Numbered from the stretch's first letter, positions 49,246 through 59,876 are shown. The stretch is DNA of 64,000 nt from Candidatus Bathyarchaeota archaeon (GCA_963702095.1 OY969706.1:2560001-2624000), one strand, 5' to 3'. Notes: generated by a model from the sequence alone, not told the origin. Translations and numbers: made by a program.

Positions 49246-50112
49246 TCAACCCACCCGTTTTTTTAGCCGTCCACTGTGTTTGCGCACCACAACAAGGGGT
49301 TTATGGGGCACACAGGAAAGCATTTCCCAGCTGACCTCTTCGACGCCGACGCCGAACCGCGCAGCCATATCCCACACCGTCGCACCAGACCCCGGACCCC
49401 GAGCCCGGTCGGCAATGTTTGTAATCGTTAAGGCTTCCCCCGCAGACAAGCAGCAGCCGGCAACCGCCAATGGCGTGGAGCTCCGCCGCAACCCAAGCAT
49501 CCGCCCCACCACATAGCAGAAGACGCCGCCAAACGCGTGAATCCCCCTCAGTGGCTTGGGGCGGGGCGTAAAGTAGAAGTTGCGGAACCGATAGGTTTTA
49601 TCGGTGTCGGCGACTATGACGCAGACGTTTTTGCCCAAAGCCCCGCGGATGCCAACGTGAATTTTCTGGGCTAATTCTGACGCGTTTTTTAAGGGTAAAC
49701 TCACGTAGGAATAGGGCAGATTCGACCCGTCGATGCCGCCCTCCGAGCCAAATAGGAGCGCCTGCAAAAGTCCCGCATGTTCCAGCGCCACCTGCTTATG
49801 CCTTGCCCCCGACTCCAAGGGGTAATTCCGCAGGCGCCTAAGCAGCCGCACCCCAAACCCGCACAGAAACCCCAACGGGTAACCCCAGACCCTGCGCATC
49901 CAAAAACAGGCAATGAACCGTGCGTTTGCGCTGGGCTCCACTTTGGCTTCGTTGATTATGCCGCCTGTGGCTATCGCCAATGCCTTCTCGGAGACCACCA
50001 CGAAATCGCGGTCTTCGATTTTGCCCTCTAGAGCCGCCATTATCCTGTTGATGTATGGGGCGTTTGGTTTCCAATAGCCGGTTGAAACCGCCAAAGCAGA
50101 GTACTTAGTCAT
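49246..50112 (-). CDS. Coenzyme F420:glutamate ligase (CofE)-like protein
   Basis: VVVSEKALA, GGIDGSNLP, VIVADTD, TPLAV. Confidence 0.7.
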   Translation of the reverse strand: MTKYSALAVSTGYWKPNAPYINRIMAALEGKIEDRDFVVVSEKALAIATGGIINEAKVEPSANARFIACFWMRRVWGYPLGFLCGFGVRLLRRLRNYPLESGARHKQVALEHAGLLQALLFGSEGGIDGSNLPYSYVSLPLKNASELAQKIHVGIRGALGKNVCVIVADTDKTYRFRNFYFTPRPKPLRGIHAFGGVFCYVVGRMLGLRRSSTPLAVAGCCLSAGEALTITNIADRARGPGSGATVWDMAARFGVGVEEVSWEMLSCVPHKPLVVVRKHSGRLKKRVG

Positions 50113-50163
50113 CAGTTTTACTCGAATGCAAATTAGGCTTTAACCTAATAAGAGTTGATTCTA

Positions 50164-51219
50164 CTAAAACAGCGCGTATGGGAATCGTTGGCTGTTCTGC
50201 CAGAGTTTGCCTTTTATTGGGATGGCTTGTCCGCAGACGGGGCAGTGCATATCTGAGGTTAGGTTCCACTGGGTGATTTCGAAAGATTCCCGTTTGATGA
50301 TTGGAGTGTCACAGTTGGGGCAGTAAGTGTTTTCGCCTGGGTGACCGGGAACATTGCCCATGTACACGTAGTGAAGACCCTGGTTTTTAGCTATAAGCAG
50401 GGCTTGCTCCATCTCCTGCACACTCGTCGCGGGAACGGTTGTATACTTGTATTCGGGGTGGAAACGCAACATATGAAGAGGCGTATCGGGGCCAAGGTAA
50501 TCTTTTACCCACTTCGCCAACGCCCGAATGCGCTCGGGAGAGTCGCCTGACTTGGGGACAACGAGGTTGGTGAGTTCAATGTAGACGCCTTGCAGTTTAA
50601 GCTCCTTTAAGGATTCATAGATGGGTGCCACGTTTGGGACGCCCATGACCGTTTTGTAGAAGTCCGGGTCGCCGCCGCCCTTAAAATCCACCGTCGCCGC
50701 ATCCAAATAGGGTCCAATGGTCCGCACGGCTTCAGGAGTCATGTAACCGTTGGTGACAAAAGTATTGAATAAGCCCTCTTTTTTGGCGAGTTTAGCGGTG
50801 TCGTAGGCGTATTCCATGAAGATGGTGGGTTCAGTGTAGGTGTAGCTTATGCCTTGGCAACCCGCGTTTTTGGCTGCTTTAACGACCTCCTCGGGTGGGA
50901 AGGGGTTGCCGGGGGCGTCGTGGTCTTGGCTTATCATCCAGTTATCACAGAATTGGCAGCGGAAGTTGCATCCAGCCGCCGCGACTGAGAGGACTAGTGC
51001 GCCGGGGTTGAAGTGGCTGAGGGGTTTTTTGCCTATGGGGTCAACGGCTGCGGAGACGGCTTTGCCATAGTTTAGGGTGTATAGTGTGCCGCCTTCGTTT
51101 CTGCGTACGAGACAGAAGCCGGGTGCTCCGTCGCTAATTAGGCATCTTCGCGAGCAAAGGCAGCACTGCACTTTGCCTTCGCCCTGGCGTTCGTAGAGCA
51201 TGGCTTCATGAAGAGACAT
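50164..51219 (-). CDS. amrS: AmmeMemoRadiSam system radical SAM enzyme
   Basis: CCLCSRRC..GFC, DPIGKKPL, GCNFRCQFCDN, YTYTEP, RFHP, YMGNV, CPNC/CPVC. Confidence 0.9.
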   Translation of the reverse strand: MSLHEAMLYERQGEGKVQCCLCSRRCLISDGAPGFCLVRRNEGGTLYTLNYGKAVSAAVDPIGKKPLSHFNPGALVLSVAAAGCNFRCQFCDNWMISQDHDAPGNPFPPEEVVKAAKNAGCQGISYTYTEPTIFMEYAYDTAKLAKKEGLFNTFVTNGYMTPEAVRTIGPYLDAATVDFKGGGDPDFYKTVMGVPNVAPIYESLKELKLQGVYIELTNLVVPKSGDSPERIRALAKWVKDYLGPDTPLHMLRFHPEYKYTTVPATSVQEMEQALLIAKNQGLHYVYMGNVPGHPGENTYCPNCDTPIIKRESFEITQWNLTSDMHCPVCGQAIPIKGKLWQNSQRFPYALF

Positions 51220-51268
51220 AAACAATTCACACAAAATATAGAAGAGAGGTTTTGTTTAAAAGCATTAA

Positions 51269-51601
51269 CTACAAGAGCTTGTTAAAAAAACAGCTATATT
51301 CTCCTGTGTGGCAAGCGGGACCCGTCTGCTCAACGACATAGAGCAGCGAATCGTAGTCGCAGTCAGTAGAGACGGAGATGATTTTTTGGGTGTGCCCGCT
51401 GGTTTCGCCTTTAACCCAGAGTTCATTGCGGCTGCGGCTCCAATAAGTAGCTTTTTTGGTTTTGAGTGTGAGTTCTACAGCTTCTTTGTTGGCATATGCC
51501 TGCATCAGCACCGTTTTGGTTTTGGCGTCTTGGGTTATGACTGGGATAAGCCCGTTACCCTTCACAAAATCGAGTTTTGCAAGTAATTCTTGAGGTGTCA
51601 T
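51269..51601 (-). CDS. hisI: Phosphoribosyl-AMP cyclohydrolase
   Basis: YWSRSR, KGETSG, DCDYD, ACHTG..SCF. Confidence 0.95.
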   Translation of the reverse strand: MTPQELLAKLDFVKGNGLIPVITQDAKTKTVLMQAYANKEAVELTLKTKKATYWSRSRNELWVKGETSGHTQKIISVSTDCDYDSLLYVVEQTGPACHTGEYSCFFNKLL

Positions 51602-52401
51602 GTTCGTATAGTCACCCCCATCTTACGCAGGTAATCTTTCACGACTGGAACAGGATATTGGTTGTAGTGGAAAATTGAAGCCGCCAACGCTGCATCTGCT
51701 TTGCCCTCTGTTAGGACGTCGAGGAGGTGTTTGGGTTCTCCTGCACCTCCGCTGGCGATAACGGGAACGTTGACGCGTTCGCTGATGCCACGGGTTAACT
51801 CGATGTCGTAGCCGTCTTTTGTGCCGTCGCAGTCCATAGAAGTGACCAGGAACTCGCCTGCCCCAAGCTTTTCCGCCTGCAACGCCCACGCCAAGGCGTC
51901 GATGCCTGTGGGTTTTCTGCCGCCGTAAGTGACAACTTCGAACCAGAGTTTGCCTTCTTTGGTGTCAACTTGGATTTTGCCTTCGCTGGGCGTTCGGCTG
52001 CGTTTGGCGTCTATGGCGCAGACGACGCATTGGCGCCCAAAAACGTCGGCTAATTCAGTGATGAGTTTAGGATTTTCCACTGCCGCCGTGTTAACGGAGA
52101 CTTTGTCGGCGCCACTGCACAACACTGCCCGTGCATCTGCGACGCTTCGGATGCCTCCACCGACGGTAAAGGGTATGCTGATGGCTCTGGCGACGCCCTC
52201 CACGTATCGGCGCATGATATCGCGCTTCTCGCTGGAGGCGGTGATGTCAAGGAAAACCAACTCGTCTGCGCCGTCGTCGCTGTAGCGCTGTGCCATCTCC
52301 ACGGGGTCGCCTGCGCATTTGGGGTTGACGAAGTTGATGCATTTGACTACTTTTCCGTGGTCCACGTCGAGGCATGGTACGATACGTTTGGCAAGCGGCA
52401 T
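51598..52401 (-). CDS. hisF: Imidazole glycerol phosphate synthase cyclase subunit
   Basis: [41 protein letters not shown]. Confidence 0.95.
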   Translation of the reverse strand: MPLAKRIVPCLDVDHGKVVKCINFVNPKCAGDPVEMAQRYSDDGADELVFLDITASSEKRDIMRRYVEGVARAISIPFTVGGGIRSVADARAVLCSGADKVSVNTAAVENPKLITELADVFGRQCVVCAIDAKRSRTPSEGKIQVDTKEGKLWFEVVTYGGRKPTGIDALAWALQAEKLGAGEFLVTSMDCDGTKDGYDIELTRGISERVNVPVIASGGAGEPKHLLDVLTEGKADAALAASIFHYNQYPVPVVKDYLRKMGVTIRT

Positions 52402-52403
52402 GT

Positions 52404-53129
52404 TCAGGCTCCTATTTTGGCTAAGGCTTCTTTTAACGTGAATCGCCCCTCATATAGGGCTTTCCCGATAACTGCACCAGTGCAGCCGATGTCTTTGAGG
52501 GCTGCTAAGTCGCCGATGCTGCCGATTCCGCCTGCCGCGATGACTTTGGCGTTCGGGTACTCGACGGCTGCGCTTAGCGTTTGGAGGTCGGGACCGTTTA
52601 GCATTCCGTCCTGCGCAATGGATGTTATGAGGAAGGTTTCGGCACCGAGTTGAGTGTATTTTTCGAGTGCCAACTCCACGGTCAGGGGGGTCTCTGTTTG
52701 CCAACCCTCCACCATGATGCGTCCATTGCGGTTGTCTAAGGCGACGATGACGGAGTCTGAGCCGAAGCGTTTCTGGATTTTGCCGATAACTGAGGAATCA
52801 CTGAAGGCTAAAGAGCCCAATATGATTTGGGCGACGCCAACTTTGAGCAGTCCCTCGGCGACTTCGTAGCTGCGGATGCCGCCGCCCACTTGGATGGGCA
52901 ACGATATGTTTTTTGCGACTTCAGCGATGACGCCTCGGTTTTCGGCTATGCTAAAGGCGGCGTCTAAGTCGATTATGTGGAGTTTGCCTGCACCCTCGTC
53001 TTTCCAGCGCTGAGCCGCCTCAAGAGGGGTGCCGAATTGGCTTTCGTAGCATTTGGCGGTTTCTGCTTCGCCGCGGGTTAAACGGACGATTTTGCCGCCC
53101 ATCAAATCTATAGCTGGAATAAGCTGCAT
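52404..53129 (-). CDS. hisA: ProFAR isomerase
   Basis: IPAIDL, LHIIDLD, QVGGGIR, DGMLNGPD, GKALYEG. Confidence 0.95.
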   Translation of the reverse strand: MQLIPAIDLMGGKIVRLTRGEAETAKCYESQFGTPLEAAQRWKDEGAGKLHIIDLDAAFSIAENRGVIAEVAKNISLPIQVGGGIRSYEVAEGLLKVGVAQIILGSLAFSDSSVIGKIQKRFGSDSVIVALDNRNGRIMVEGWQTETPLTVELALEKYTQLGAETFLITSIAQDGMLNGPDLQTLSAAVEYPNAKVIAAGGIGSIGDLAALKDIGCTGAVIGKALYEGRFTLKEALAKIGA

Positions 53130-53136
53130 ACCAAAA

Positions 53137-53742
53137 TCACCTAACCACGGCTTTGGCGAAGTTTTTTAGGATTTTTAGGCCGATGTCGCCTGATTTTTCG
53201 GGGTGGAATTGTGTGCCGTAGATGTTTTTGTCTGCGATTGCACTGGTGAAGGTTGTGCCGTAGGTGGTTTTGGCGATGACGATTTGTGGGTCTTCGGGGT
53301 CTGGGTAGAGTGAGTGCACGAAGTAAACGTAGGTGCCCTCCTCGATGCCGTCTAGGAGCGGATTGGGCTTGGCGATGTTTAGGGTGTTCCAGCCCATATG
53401 GGGCACCTTGACGGTTTTGGGCAGTTGCTTGACTGTGCCTTTGAAGAACGCTAAGCCTTCGCCGGGTCCCTCCTCACTGGATTCAAAGAACAGCTGCAAG
53501 CCCAAGCAGATGCCTAGAAGCGGGGTGCCCTCTGAAACTTTGGTTTGAAGGGTTTCTTTGACTGTGCTTAGTCGCTCCAGCGAGGCGGTGAAGCTGCCCA
53601 CGCCGGGCAGGGCGATGGTGTCTGGGTCTTTCAAATCGGCTGAGGAGGTGCCTATGGTGACGTTTAAGCCGACTTTTTCCAGCGCAGTTTTTAGGCTAAG
53701 GAGGTTTCCGACGCCGTAGTCGAATATGACTGCGTTTGCCAT
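53137..53742 (-). CDS. hisH: Imidazole glycerol phosphate synthase glutamine amidotransferase subunit
   Basis: DYGVGN, LPGVG, GICLG, PHMGWN, YFVHS, QFHPEKS. Confidence 0.95.
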   Translation of the reverse strand: MANAVIFDYGVGNLLSLKTALEKVGLNVTIGTSSADLKDPDTIALPGVGSFTASLERLSTVKETLQTKVSEGTPLLGICLGLQLFFESSEEGPGEGLAFFKGTVKQLPKTVKVPHMGWNTLNIAKPNPLLDGIEEGTYVYFVHSLYPDPEDPQIVIAKTTYGTTFTSAIADKNIYGTQFHPEKSGDIGLKILKNFAKAVVR

Positions 53743-53743
53743 C

Positions 53744-54319
53744 TCAGATAACGCCCTTTGAACTGGGTACGCCTCTGCGTCTGGGATCCACTGTGGCTGC
53801 CTGCCGCAGTGAGAGTGCGAGGGCTTTGGTGGCGGCTTCGGCTTTGTGGTGGTCGTTGCTGCCGTACTTCACAAAGATGTGCACGTTAGCTTGCAAGGTC
53901 TGGGTTAGGCTTTCATAGAAGTGTACGATGTCTTCGGTGGGCATGTCTTCTACTTTTTTACCTCTGAGTTTAAGGTCGATTTTGAAGTAGGGACGCTTCA
54001 CCAAATCCACCGCGGCAAAAGCCAGTGAGCAGTCCATGGGGGCGGCTGCGTTGCCGAAGCGGGTGATGCCTTCGCGTGTGCCCAAGGCTTTGTTTAGGGC
54101 TTCGCCTAAGCCGAGTGCGAGGTCTTCGACCATGTGGTGTACTAGGTCGCCTTTGACTTGGGCTTCTATGTCGATTAGGCTGTGTGTCGCCAGCGAGGTG
54201 AGCATGTGGCTTAGGAAGGGCACGGGAGTGTCTATTGCGGCTTTGCCTTCGCCGTCTAAGTTAACTTTGACTTTGACTTCGGTTTCTTTGGTTTTACGGG
54301 TAACCTCTTCACATCTCAT
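53744..54319 (-). CDS. hisB: Imidazoleglycerol-phosphate dehydratase
   Basis: RKTKET, FLSHML, HHMVED, NDHHKAEA, PSSKG. Confidence 0.95.
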   Translation of the reverse strand: MRCEEVTRKTKETEVKVKVNLDGEGKAAIDTPVPFLSHMLTSLATHSLIDIEAQVKGDLVHHMVEDLALGLGEALNKALGTREGITRFGNAAAPMDCSLAFAAVDLVKRPYFKIDLKLRGKKVEDMPTEDIVHFYESLTQTLQANVHIFVKYGSNDHHKAEAATKALALSLRQAATVDPRRRGVPSSKGVI

Positions 54320-54325
54320 AGCTAT

Positions 54326-55441
54326 TCACTTCGAAATTTCCTTTAATGCCTCGATTAGTTTGGCGTTCATCTCGGGCAAGCCAACGGTGACGCGGAAGCA
54401 GTTGTCGTACTGGAGTAGTTTGCCCCATTTCTTGAGTATGATGCCTTTGCTGAGGAGTTTATGGTAGACTTCGTCGGCTGGGGCTTGGGTGTTTATGAGT
54501 ACGAAATCCGCTTGCGAGGGAAACGCTTGTACGCCTTCTATTTGGTTGAGTTGGTTTATGAGTTTTCCCCGCTCAGCAATCAGCGCAGCTACGGCCGTCC
54601 GTTCGATGTCTATGTTGTCGAGCATTTTTATGCCCATGCGAATAGTAAAGCCACTCACGGGATAGGGCAAGGGAGCTTTCTCGCGGAGAATCGACGCTAA
54701 CTCGGGATTAGCAACAGCATACCCCAGCCGCAGCATAGCCAACCCGAACGCTTTCGAGAAGGTGCGCAGGATAATCATGTTGGGGAACTCTCGGATGCGC
54801 GGCACAAAGCTATAGTCAGCGAATTCGCCGTAGGCTTCGTCGAGGATGACTACGCCTGGGAAGGCTTTGACGAGTTTCTCGATGTCTTCGGGGTTCATCT
54901 GGTTGCTGGTGGGGTTGTTTGGGCTGCAGAGGTAGAGGAGGCGGGTTTTGTCGGAGAACATGGCAAACATGCCTTCGACATCAAGCTGGAAATCATCCTT
55001 CAGGGGCACGGTGACGTATTCGCCCTCTTGGCGCTTAACACAGAGCCTTGGAATCACAAAAGATGGTGTAAACGAGATTGCGGCGTCGCCTTTTTCGATG
55101 AAGAGGCGAATCATTCGGTCGAGCAATTCGTCGCCAGCGTTGCCGACTACGAGGTAATCGGCTGGGATGCCCAGGTAGCCGACGAGTTTCTCTCTGAGCT
55201 TGACTTCCTCGTCTTCGGGGTACATGCGCAAATCGATTTCTTGAGCCAACTCCTTCATCAGCGTCGTCTGTTTGGCTCTGTCGACGAAGAGGTTTTCATT
55301 GAAGTTTAGTTTGACGATTTTTGATTGGTCAACGCCGATTTGCCGGGCTAACCCCTCGGGTGTAGTGCCTGCGCTGTAGCAGTCAATAGCCTGCAGCTTC
55401 GCGAGTTTCTGCTTTAGCCATACCCTGTAGGATGCGCTCAT
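54326..55441 (-). CDS. hisC: Histidinol-phosphate aminotransferase
   Basis: KLNFNEN, GNAGDE, CSPNNPT, DEAY, RTFSKAFGLAMLRLGY; within the his operon. Confidence 0.93.
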   Translation of the reverse strand: MSASYRVWLKQKLAKLQAIDCYSAGTTPEGLARQIGVDQSKIVKLNFNENLFVDRAKQTTLMKELAQEIDLRMYPEDEEVKLREKLVGYLGIPADYLVVGNAGDELLDRMIRLFIEKGDAAISFTPSFVIPRLCVKRQEGEYVTVPLKDDFQLDVEGMFAMFSDKTRLLYLCSPNNPTSNQMNPEDIEKLVKAFPGVVILDEAYGEFADYSFVPRIREFPNMIILRTFSKAFGLAMLRLGYAVANPELASILREKAPLPYPVSGFTIRMGIKMLDNIDIERTAVAALIAERGKLINQLNQIEGVQAFPSQADFVLINTQAPADEVYHKLLSKGIILKKWGKLLQYDNCFRVTVGLPEMNAKLIEALKEISK

Positions 55442-56739
55442 GGCTCAAACCTCGCAGCTATGGCTTTGTAGTGATTGGGAAGACCCTCGGTATCAGCCAA
55501 AACCTTGACCTGCGCCTTCACCTTTTCCAAACCCTCCCGTGAGCATTCTGCGATGCTGACACGACGCATGAAATCGATGGCGGATAAGCCTGAGAACGCC
55601 TGTGCGAACCCGCCTGTGGGCAACACGTGGTTGGTGCCGCTTGCGTAGTCGCTTAGGGGCACGGGGCTGTAGGGTCCAATTAGGATTAAGCCTGCAACCA
55701 ATTTTTCGGCGAGGGTCTTGGCGTCTTTAGTTATGACTTCGAGATGTTCTGCAGCGAATCGGTTGGTTAATTTGATTGCTTCGTCGATGTCTTTGCAGAC
55801 GATGATGAAGCCGTATTTTGTGAGTGACTCAGAAATTTTTTCGGCTCTTGGAGCGGCAGACGCAATTTTGGCAAGGTTTTCTTGGACTTGCCCCGCAAGC
55901 TTCACTGATGTGGTTATCAGTGCGGCTACGCTGTCGGTGCCATGCTCCGCCTGCGAAACCATGTCGTAAGCGATCAGTCGCGCGTCGGCATACTCATCTG
56001 CCAACACCAAGACCTCGCTGGGACCGGCGGGCATGTCGATGGCAACATCCTGCGAAACCAGCACCTTAGCCATGGTCACATATTTGCTGCCTGGACCAAC
56101 GATTTTGCGTACAGGAGCAATGGTTTCTGTTCCGTAGGCTAAAGCGGATATGGCTTGGACACCGCCGACCTTGTAAACCTCATCTACACCGCAGAGGTCG
56201 CAGGCTACAAGCACTAACGGGTTAACTTTGCCCTCTGCATCTGAAGGCGAACAAACCACCACACGGGGCACACCCGCTATTTTGGCAACCAACGCCGTCA
56301 TGACTACGGTGCTGGGGTAAGCGGCTTGACCTCCTGGCACGTAGCAGCCGACGCTTTCGATGGGACGCAGCACGGTTTGAACCATTATGCCTTCGTTGAA
56401 GGCTTTAACTTCGGTTTGGCTGAGCAGTTGTTTTTGGAAGACACTTACCCGTCTCTTCATGAAATCGATGGCGGCAGCCTGCTCCTTGGACACTTTGCCG
56501 TAGGCTTCCTTGATTTCCTGTGGGCTGGCTTTAAGCGTCTCAGATGTGAGTTCGGCTTTGTCGAACCTCAATGCAAAGCCAAGGAGGGCTTTGTCTCCTT
56601 CGGCTCGGACTTGGCTGATGATTTCTTTTACGTTGGCTTCGAGTTCGGCGGTGGCTTTTTGGTCAGCCTGCTGCCTCTTAAACCAGTCGGGCGGTAACTG
56701 TTTTGAATCCCAAACCTTTATGTTGAATCCGTTTTGCAT
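55438..56739 (-). CDS. hisD: Histidinol dehydrogenase
   Basis: YVPGG, GGVQAI, GPG, DMPAGPSE, SQAEH, AEHLE, DYASGTNHVLPT. Confidence 0.95.
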   Translation of the reverse strand: MQNGFNIKVWDSKQLPPDWFKRQQADQKATAELEANVKEIISQVRAEGDKALLGFALRFDKAELTSETLKASPQEIKEAYGKVSKEQAAAIDFMKRRVSVFQKQLLSQTEVKAFNEGIMVQTVLRPIESVGCYVPGGQAAYPSTVVMTALVAKIAGVPRVVVCSPSDAEGKVNPLVLVACDLCGVDEVYKVGGVQAISALAYGTETIAPVRKIVGPGSKYVTMAKVLVSQDVAIDMPAGPSEVLVLADEYADARLIAYDMVSQAEHGTDSVAALITTSVKLAGQVQENLAKIASAAPRAEKISESLTKYGFIIVCKDIDEAIKLTNRFAAEHLEVITKDAKTLAEKLVAGLILIGPYSPVPLSDYASGTNHVLPTGGFAQAFSGLSAIDFMRRVSIAECSREGLEKVKAQVKVLADTEGLPNHYKAIAARFEP

Positions 56740-57728
56740 TGACCTTCGTTTCTCCGGGCTATTTCATCGAGTGCCAGCACCTGCCGCGGCTCAAGCACGA
56801 CCAAACCCTGGGCGATCTTTCGGATTTTCGGAAGCAACCCAATGAAGCAGTCCTTCTCGATGACCGTGTTCACGCCTACCCAAGCGTCGTCTGCCAACGG
56901 CGAAATCGTCGGGTTCTTAAGCGCCGGCAACTCCCTTAGCAGCGTCTGCAGGTTCTCTTTTTTTACGTTTACAAATATGTGTATGCGTTTGGAGCCATCG
57001 ACCACACCCTTGAGCAGCGCAACGATGTCATAGATTTTTTCGCGTTTCTCAGGGTCCTCCATCGTTTTCTTGTTGGCTATGAGGATGGCTGCGGAGCGCA
57101 TGACGGTGTCGATTATGCGGAGGTTGTTGGCTTCGATGGTGGTGCCTGTTTCAGTTACATCCATGATGCAGTCGCTGTTCTCCGGGGGCTTGGCTTCTGT
57201 TGCGCCGAAGGAGAGGAAAATCTTTGCTTGGGGGTTACTGCCTTTTTTCCACCATGGCGTCACCAACATGGGGTCGGCGTCGCCGAAGCGGGCTTTGTAT
57301 TCGGAGGTGCTTTTGAGGTATTCCGAGGCGATGGTGAGGTATTCGGTGCTGACTCGGAAGTTTTTGCCTGACGCCCAAATGGATTCCATGAATTGCCCCA
57401 GTGTGGTTCCTTCGGGCACAGTGTTGGGCACGGCGATGACTAAGCGGATTTTGCCGTATTCAAGGTTCTGAAGGACCTCTACGTCTGCTTTGTTTTCGCG
57501 GACCCAGTCTTCGCCTGTGATGCCTATGTCCTGTAAACCTTCGGATACGAACACGGGGATTTCTTGGGGACGCAGGACTTTCATTTCGATTTGGGGGTCG
57601 TTGATGCTGGGGCGGTATGTTCGGTCTGAGGCGCCGATTTTGAAGCCTGATTTAGCGAAGAATTCGGCGGTTGCTTTTTCTAGGGAGCCTTTGGGTATTG
57701 CAAATTTTATTTTATCCATAAATTTCAC
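56718..57728 (-). CDS. hisG: ATP phosphoribosyltransferase (long form)
   Basis: AIPKGSL, RPQEIP, DIGITGED, GATE, DVTETGTT, C-terminal regulatory domain. Confidence 0.95.
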   Translation of the reverse strand: MKFMDKIKFAIPKGSLEKATAEFFAKSGFKIGASDRTYRPSINDPQIEMKVLRPQEIPVFVSEGLQDIGITGEDWVRENKADVEVLQNLEYGKIRLVIAVPNTVPEGTTLGQFMESIWASGKNFRVSTEYLTIASEYLKSTSEYKARFGDADPMLVTPWWKKGSNPQAKIFLSFGATEAKPPENSDCIMDVTETGTTIEANNLRIIDTVMRSAAILIANKKTMEDPEKREKIYDIVALLKGVVDGSKRIHIFVNVKKENLQTLLRELPALKNPTISPLADDAWVGVNTVIEKDCFIGLLPKIRKIAQGLVVLEPRQVLALDEIARRNEGQCKTDST

Positions 57729-57946
57729 CTAAACATTTAGAGAGTTGTCTAATCTGGTTTTGTTTTACAGAAACGTTTGCTTGGGGGGACACGCCTAATT
57801 TACAATAAAGATTCGTTAAGCTTTCAATGAAGGCAATCGCCTTGTATGAACGCAATCCCTCATCATACGTCACTAGAGACACCTCAACGCCTGTCATCCT
57901 AATAAACATAGTCACTAATATTTAACTGCCCAAGAACCACAAACCG

Positions 57947-58552
57947 CTAAGCAACGGATGATTTGGGCTTTTTTATTTCAAAAACCAACGGAGGCTGAGC
58001 ATTCTTGATTTCCAACTCAACATCAAGCAAACCTTCGAGTAGACCTCGCCAGATTTCAATCTCATTGATTACTGGCGTTTTGAGAAGCAGGTATCGGTCT
58101 TTTAAATATAAGTCGCCTAAGCCTTGCACTTTAAGGCGTTTGAAGATAGCATCCCAGTTTTCCTTGTTTGAGGAGTCTATGCCTATCGTAGATTGGATGG
58201 ATACTTTAAGCGCATCGCCCATACGTGCCCCGATTTCATAGAACCTTTCCTTAGATACATATTGGGTGAAGATATTTATGAGCTCAACGTTGATGATTGC
58301 TATTCGGCTTATGCCGCAGTAGTATTCGCCTGGGAAATGCCAGTCTTCGATGTTTAGGCTTCTGTAGATGTCAAGCATCTTGCTGATGAGCGGTTTTATG
58401 CCGGCTTCTTTGCCGTCTCTTATGAGGGACTCCACGAAGTCGCGGTCGCTGCGTTCCAAAATAATGGTGGTGCGTTTGGCTTCGTCGCCTCTTCCGAGGG
58501 CGTCTGGGAGTTTGGGTTTGTCCGGCTGCATAGGGCATATTCTTTTAGCCAT
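57947..58552 (-). CDS. Hypothetical protein, possible ribbon-helix-helix plus ligand-binding domain regulator
   Basis: RTTIILE strand followed by two helices; 201-aa ORF upstream of hisG. Confidence 0.55.
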   Translation of the reverse strand: MAKRICPMQPDKPKLPDALGRGDEAKRTTIILERSDRDFVESLIRDGKEAGIKPLISKMLDIYRSLNIEDWHFPGEYYCGISRIAIINVELINIFTQYVSKERFYEIGARMGDALKVSIQSTIGIDSSNKENWDAIFKRLKVQGLGDLYLKDRYLLLKTPVINEIEIWRGLLEGLLDVELEIKNAQPPLVFEIKKPKSSVA

Positions 58553-58721
58553 AACCTATATGCCTTATGTATTCTGGAAGCATATTAGAAATAAGCAATT
58601 TTTCAGCCCAAACAGAAGAATAGTTAATAAAACAGGTGTCGCCCTACTCTGCTGCCGATGAAGAAATTAAAAAGCTGATTGAATGATGCACTCTAGGGTA
58701 TCTGAGGCAAAATTTCGGGGT

Positions 58722-58958
58722 TTAAGTGATGACTTTTTTGCGGATCAAATAGATAAGCATCACTAAACCAACGACGAACAGGACTGCTCCTGTGCCTATG
58801 CCGACAAAATAATTGATTTGCAAGATATCCACCATGACGTAGGGTAGGTAGGTTGGACCGGCAAAGAGAAGCAACACCGCAACCACCGTCAACGTTATCT
58901 TTGTAAACTTGGATTCTATACCGCTGACTTGCTCAATTTCATCGTTAATTTCTGTCAT
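58722..58958 (-). CDS. Small two-TM membrane protein
   Basis: 78 aa, two hydrophobic helices; directly downstream of the PAC2 gene. Confidence 0.65.
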   Translation of the reverse strand: MTEINDEIEQVSGIESKFTKITLTVVAVLLLFAGPTYLPYVMVDILQINYFVGIGTGAVLFVVGLVMLIYLIRKKVIT

Positions 58959-58970
58959 TTAGCGCCCAAC

Positions 58971-59642
58971 TTATGTCTCTTCAGATTGATTGTTCTCCGT
59001 TAAACCTTCTTTTATCTCTTTTCCTAAAGACTTCATTAAAAACTTGAACACCAAAAATCCAGCGCCCTTATCCGCCTTGAAACCCATAGTGGTGCCTAGG
59101 AGGCTGACGCCTTCGATTTTACGTTCCTTAGCCAACGCCAAAGTCAATCCAGTGCCGCCCACTATTCTGCCCTTGCTGTAGATGACCCCGCCTTTCTCCA
59201 TGAACTCCGCAGCCAACCGAGGCGAAGTAGCTGCGATGTAAACTTGGGTTTTATCCTCAGTTATCGGTACTCCACCCATGGTGACTAGGAAGTGGCAGCC
59301 GATTTCCTCGACAAAATCAAGTACAGAATCACAGACAACGTAATGTGCAACTACATCATCGAAGGAAGGCTGGATTTCGCCGGTCATTATGATGAGGTTG
59401 TTTTTTTCCATGGGGGCATAGAAGAATTCGTAGCGGGGTAGATGCGCGATGCCCTTGCTGGTTATCGACACGTAGTCGGGGAAGCTGGGGGAGTAGAGTT
59501 CGGCGAAGGGTTTAGCGTCGCAGAACTTGATTAGCAGGTGAGCCGCTATCCGCCCCACGTTGCCAAAACCGGGTAACCCCTGTACAAAGATAGGGTTGTC
59601 TAGGGGCGGATTTGAGAGTTTACGTAAATACGGCTTATCCAA
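58971..59642 (-). CDS. PAC2 family proteasome assembly chaperone-like protein
   Basis: QGLPGFGNVGRIAA, LYSPSFP, TMGG, IVGGTG; TTG 59642 preferred as start. Confidence 0.85.
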   Translation of the reverse strand: MDKPYLRKLSNPPLDNPIFVQGLPGFGNVGRIAAHLLIKFCDAKPFAELYSPSFPDYVSITSKGIAHLPRYEFFYAPMEKNNLIIMTGEIQPSFDDVVAHYVVCDSVLDFVEEIGCHFLVTMGGVPITEDKTQVYIAATSPRLAAEFMEKGGVIYSKGRIVGGTGLTLALAKERKIEGVSLLGTTMGFKADKGAGFLVFKFLMKSLGKEIKEGLTENNQSEET

Positions 59643-59772
59643 AGTGAACCATCTAAGCCTTATGGAGATAAACTCGACACTAAAAACCTTTGCCGAACAA
59701 TGGAAAAAGAAACCTTTAATATTTGACACCTCAAGTAATAGTCTGCACCGAACCCGTTTTGCGGAAACATGT

Positions 59773-59876
59773 AGCGGGGTGGGGTAGCCAGGATTAACCC
59801 GCTGGGCTCATAACAGCGCCAACGTGTGCTGTGAGATACCCAGAGATCAGTAGTTCAAATCTACTCCCCGCTACCA
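59773..59876 (+). tRNA. Initiator tRNA-Met(CAT) with 25-nt intron (59813-59837)
   Basis: A1:U72 pair (AGCGGGG/CCCCGCT), GGG/CCC anticodon stem, CAT at 59809-59811, BHB motif CTCA-TAA / TGAG-ATA, T-loop TTCAAAT, encoded CCA. Confidence 0.95.

Noticed and set aside
57730-57940. His leader-peptide attenuator upstream of hisG
   Set aside because: No His-codon-rich short ORF or terminator/antiterminator pair was seen
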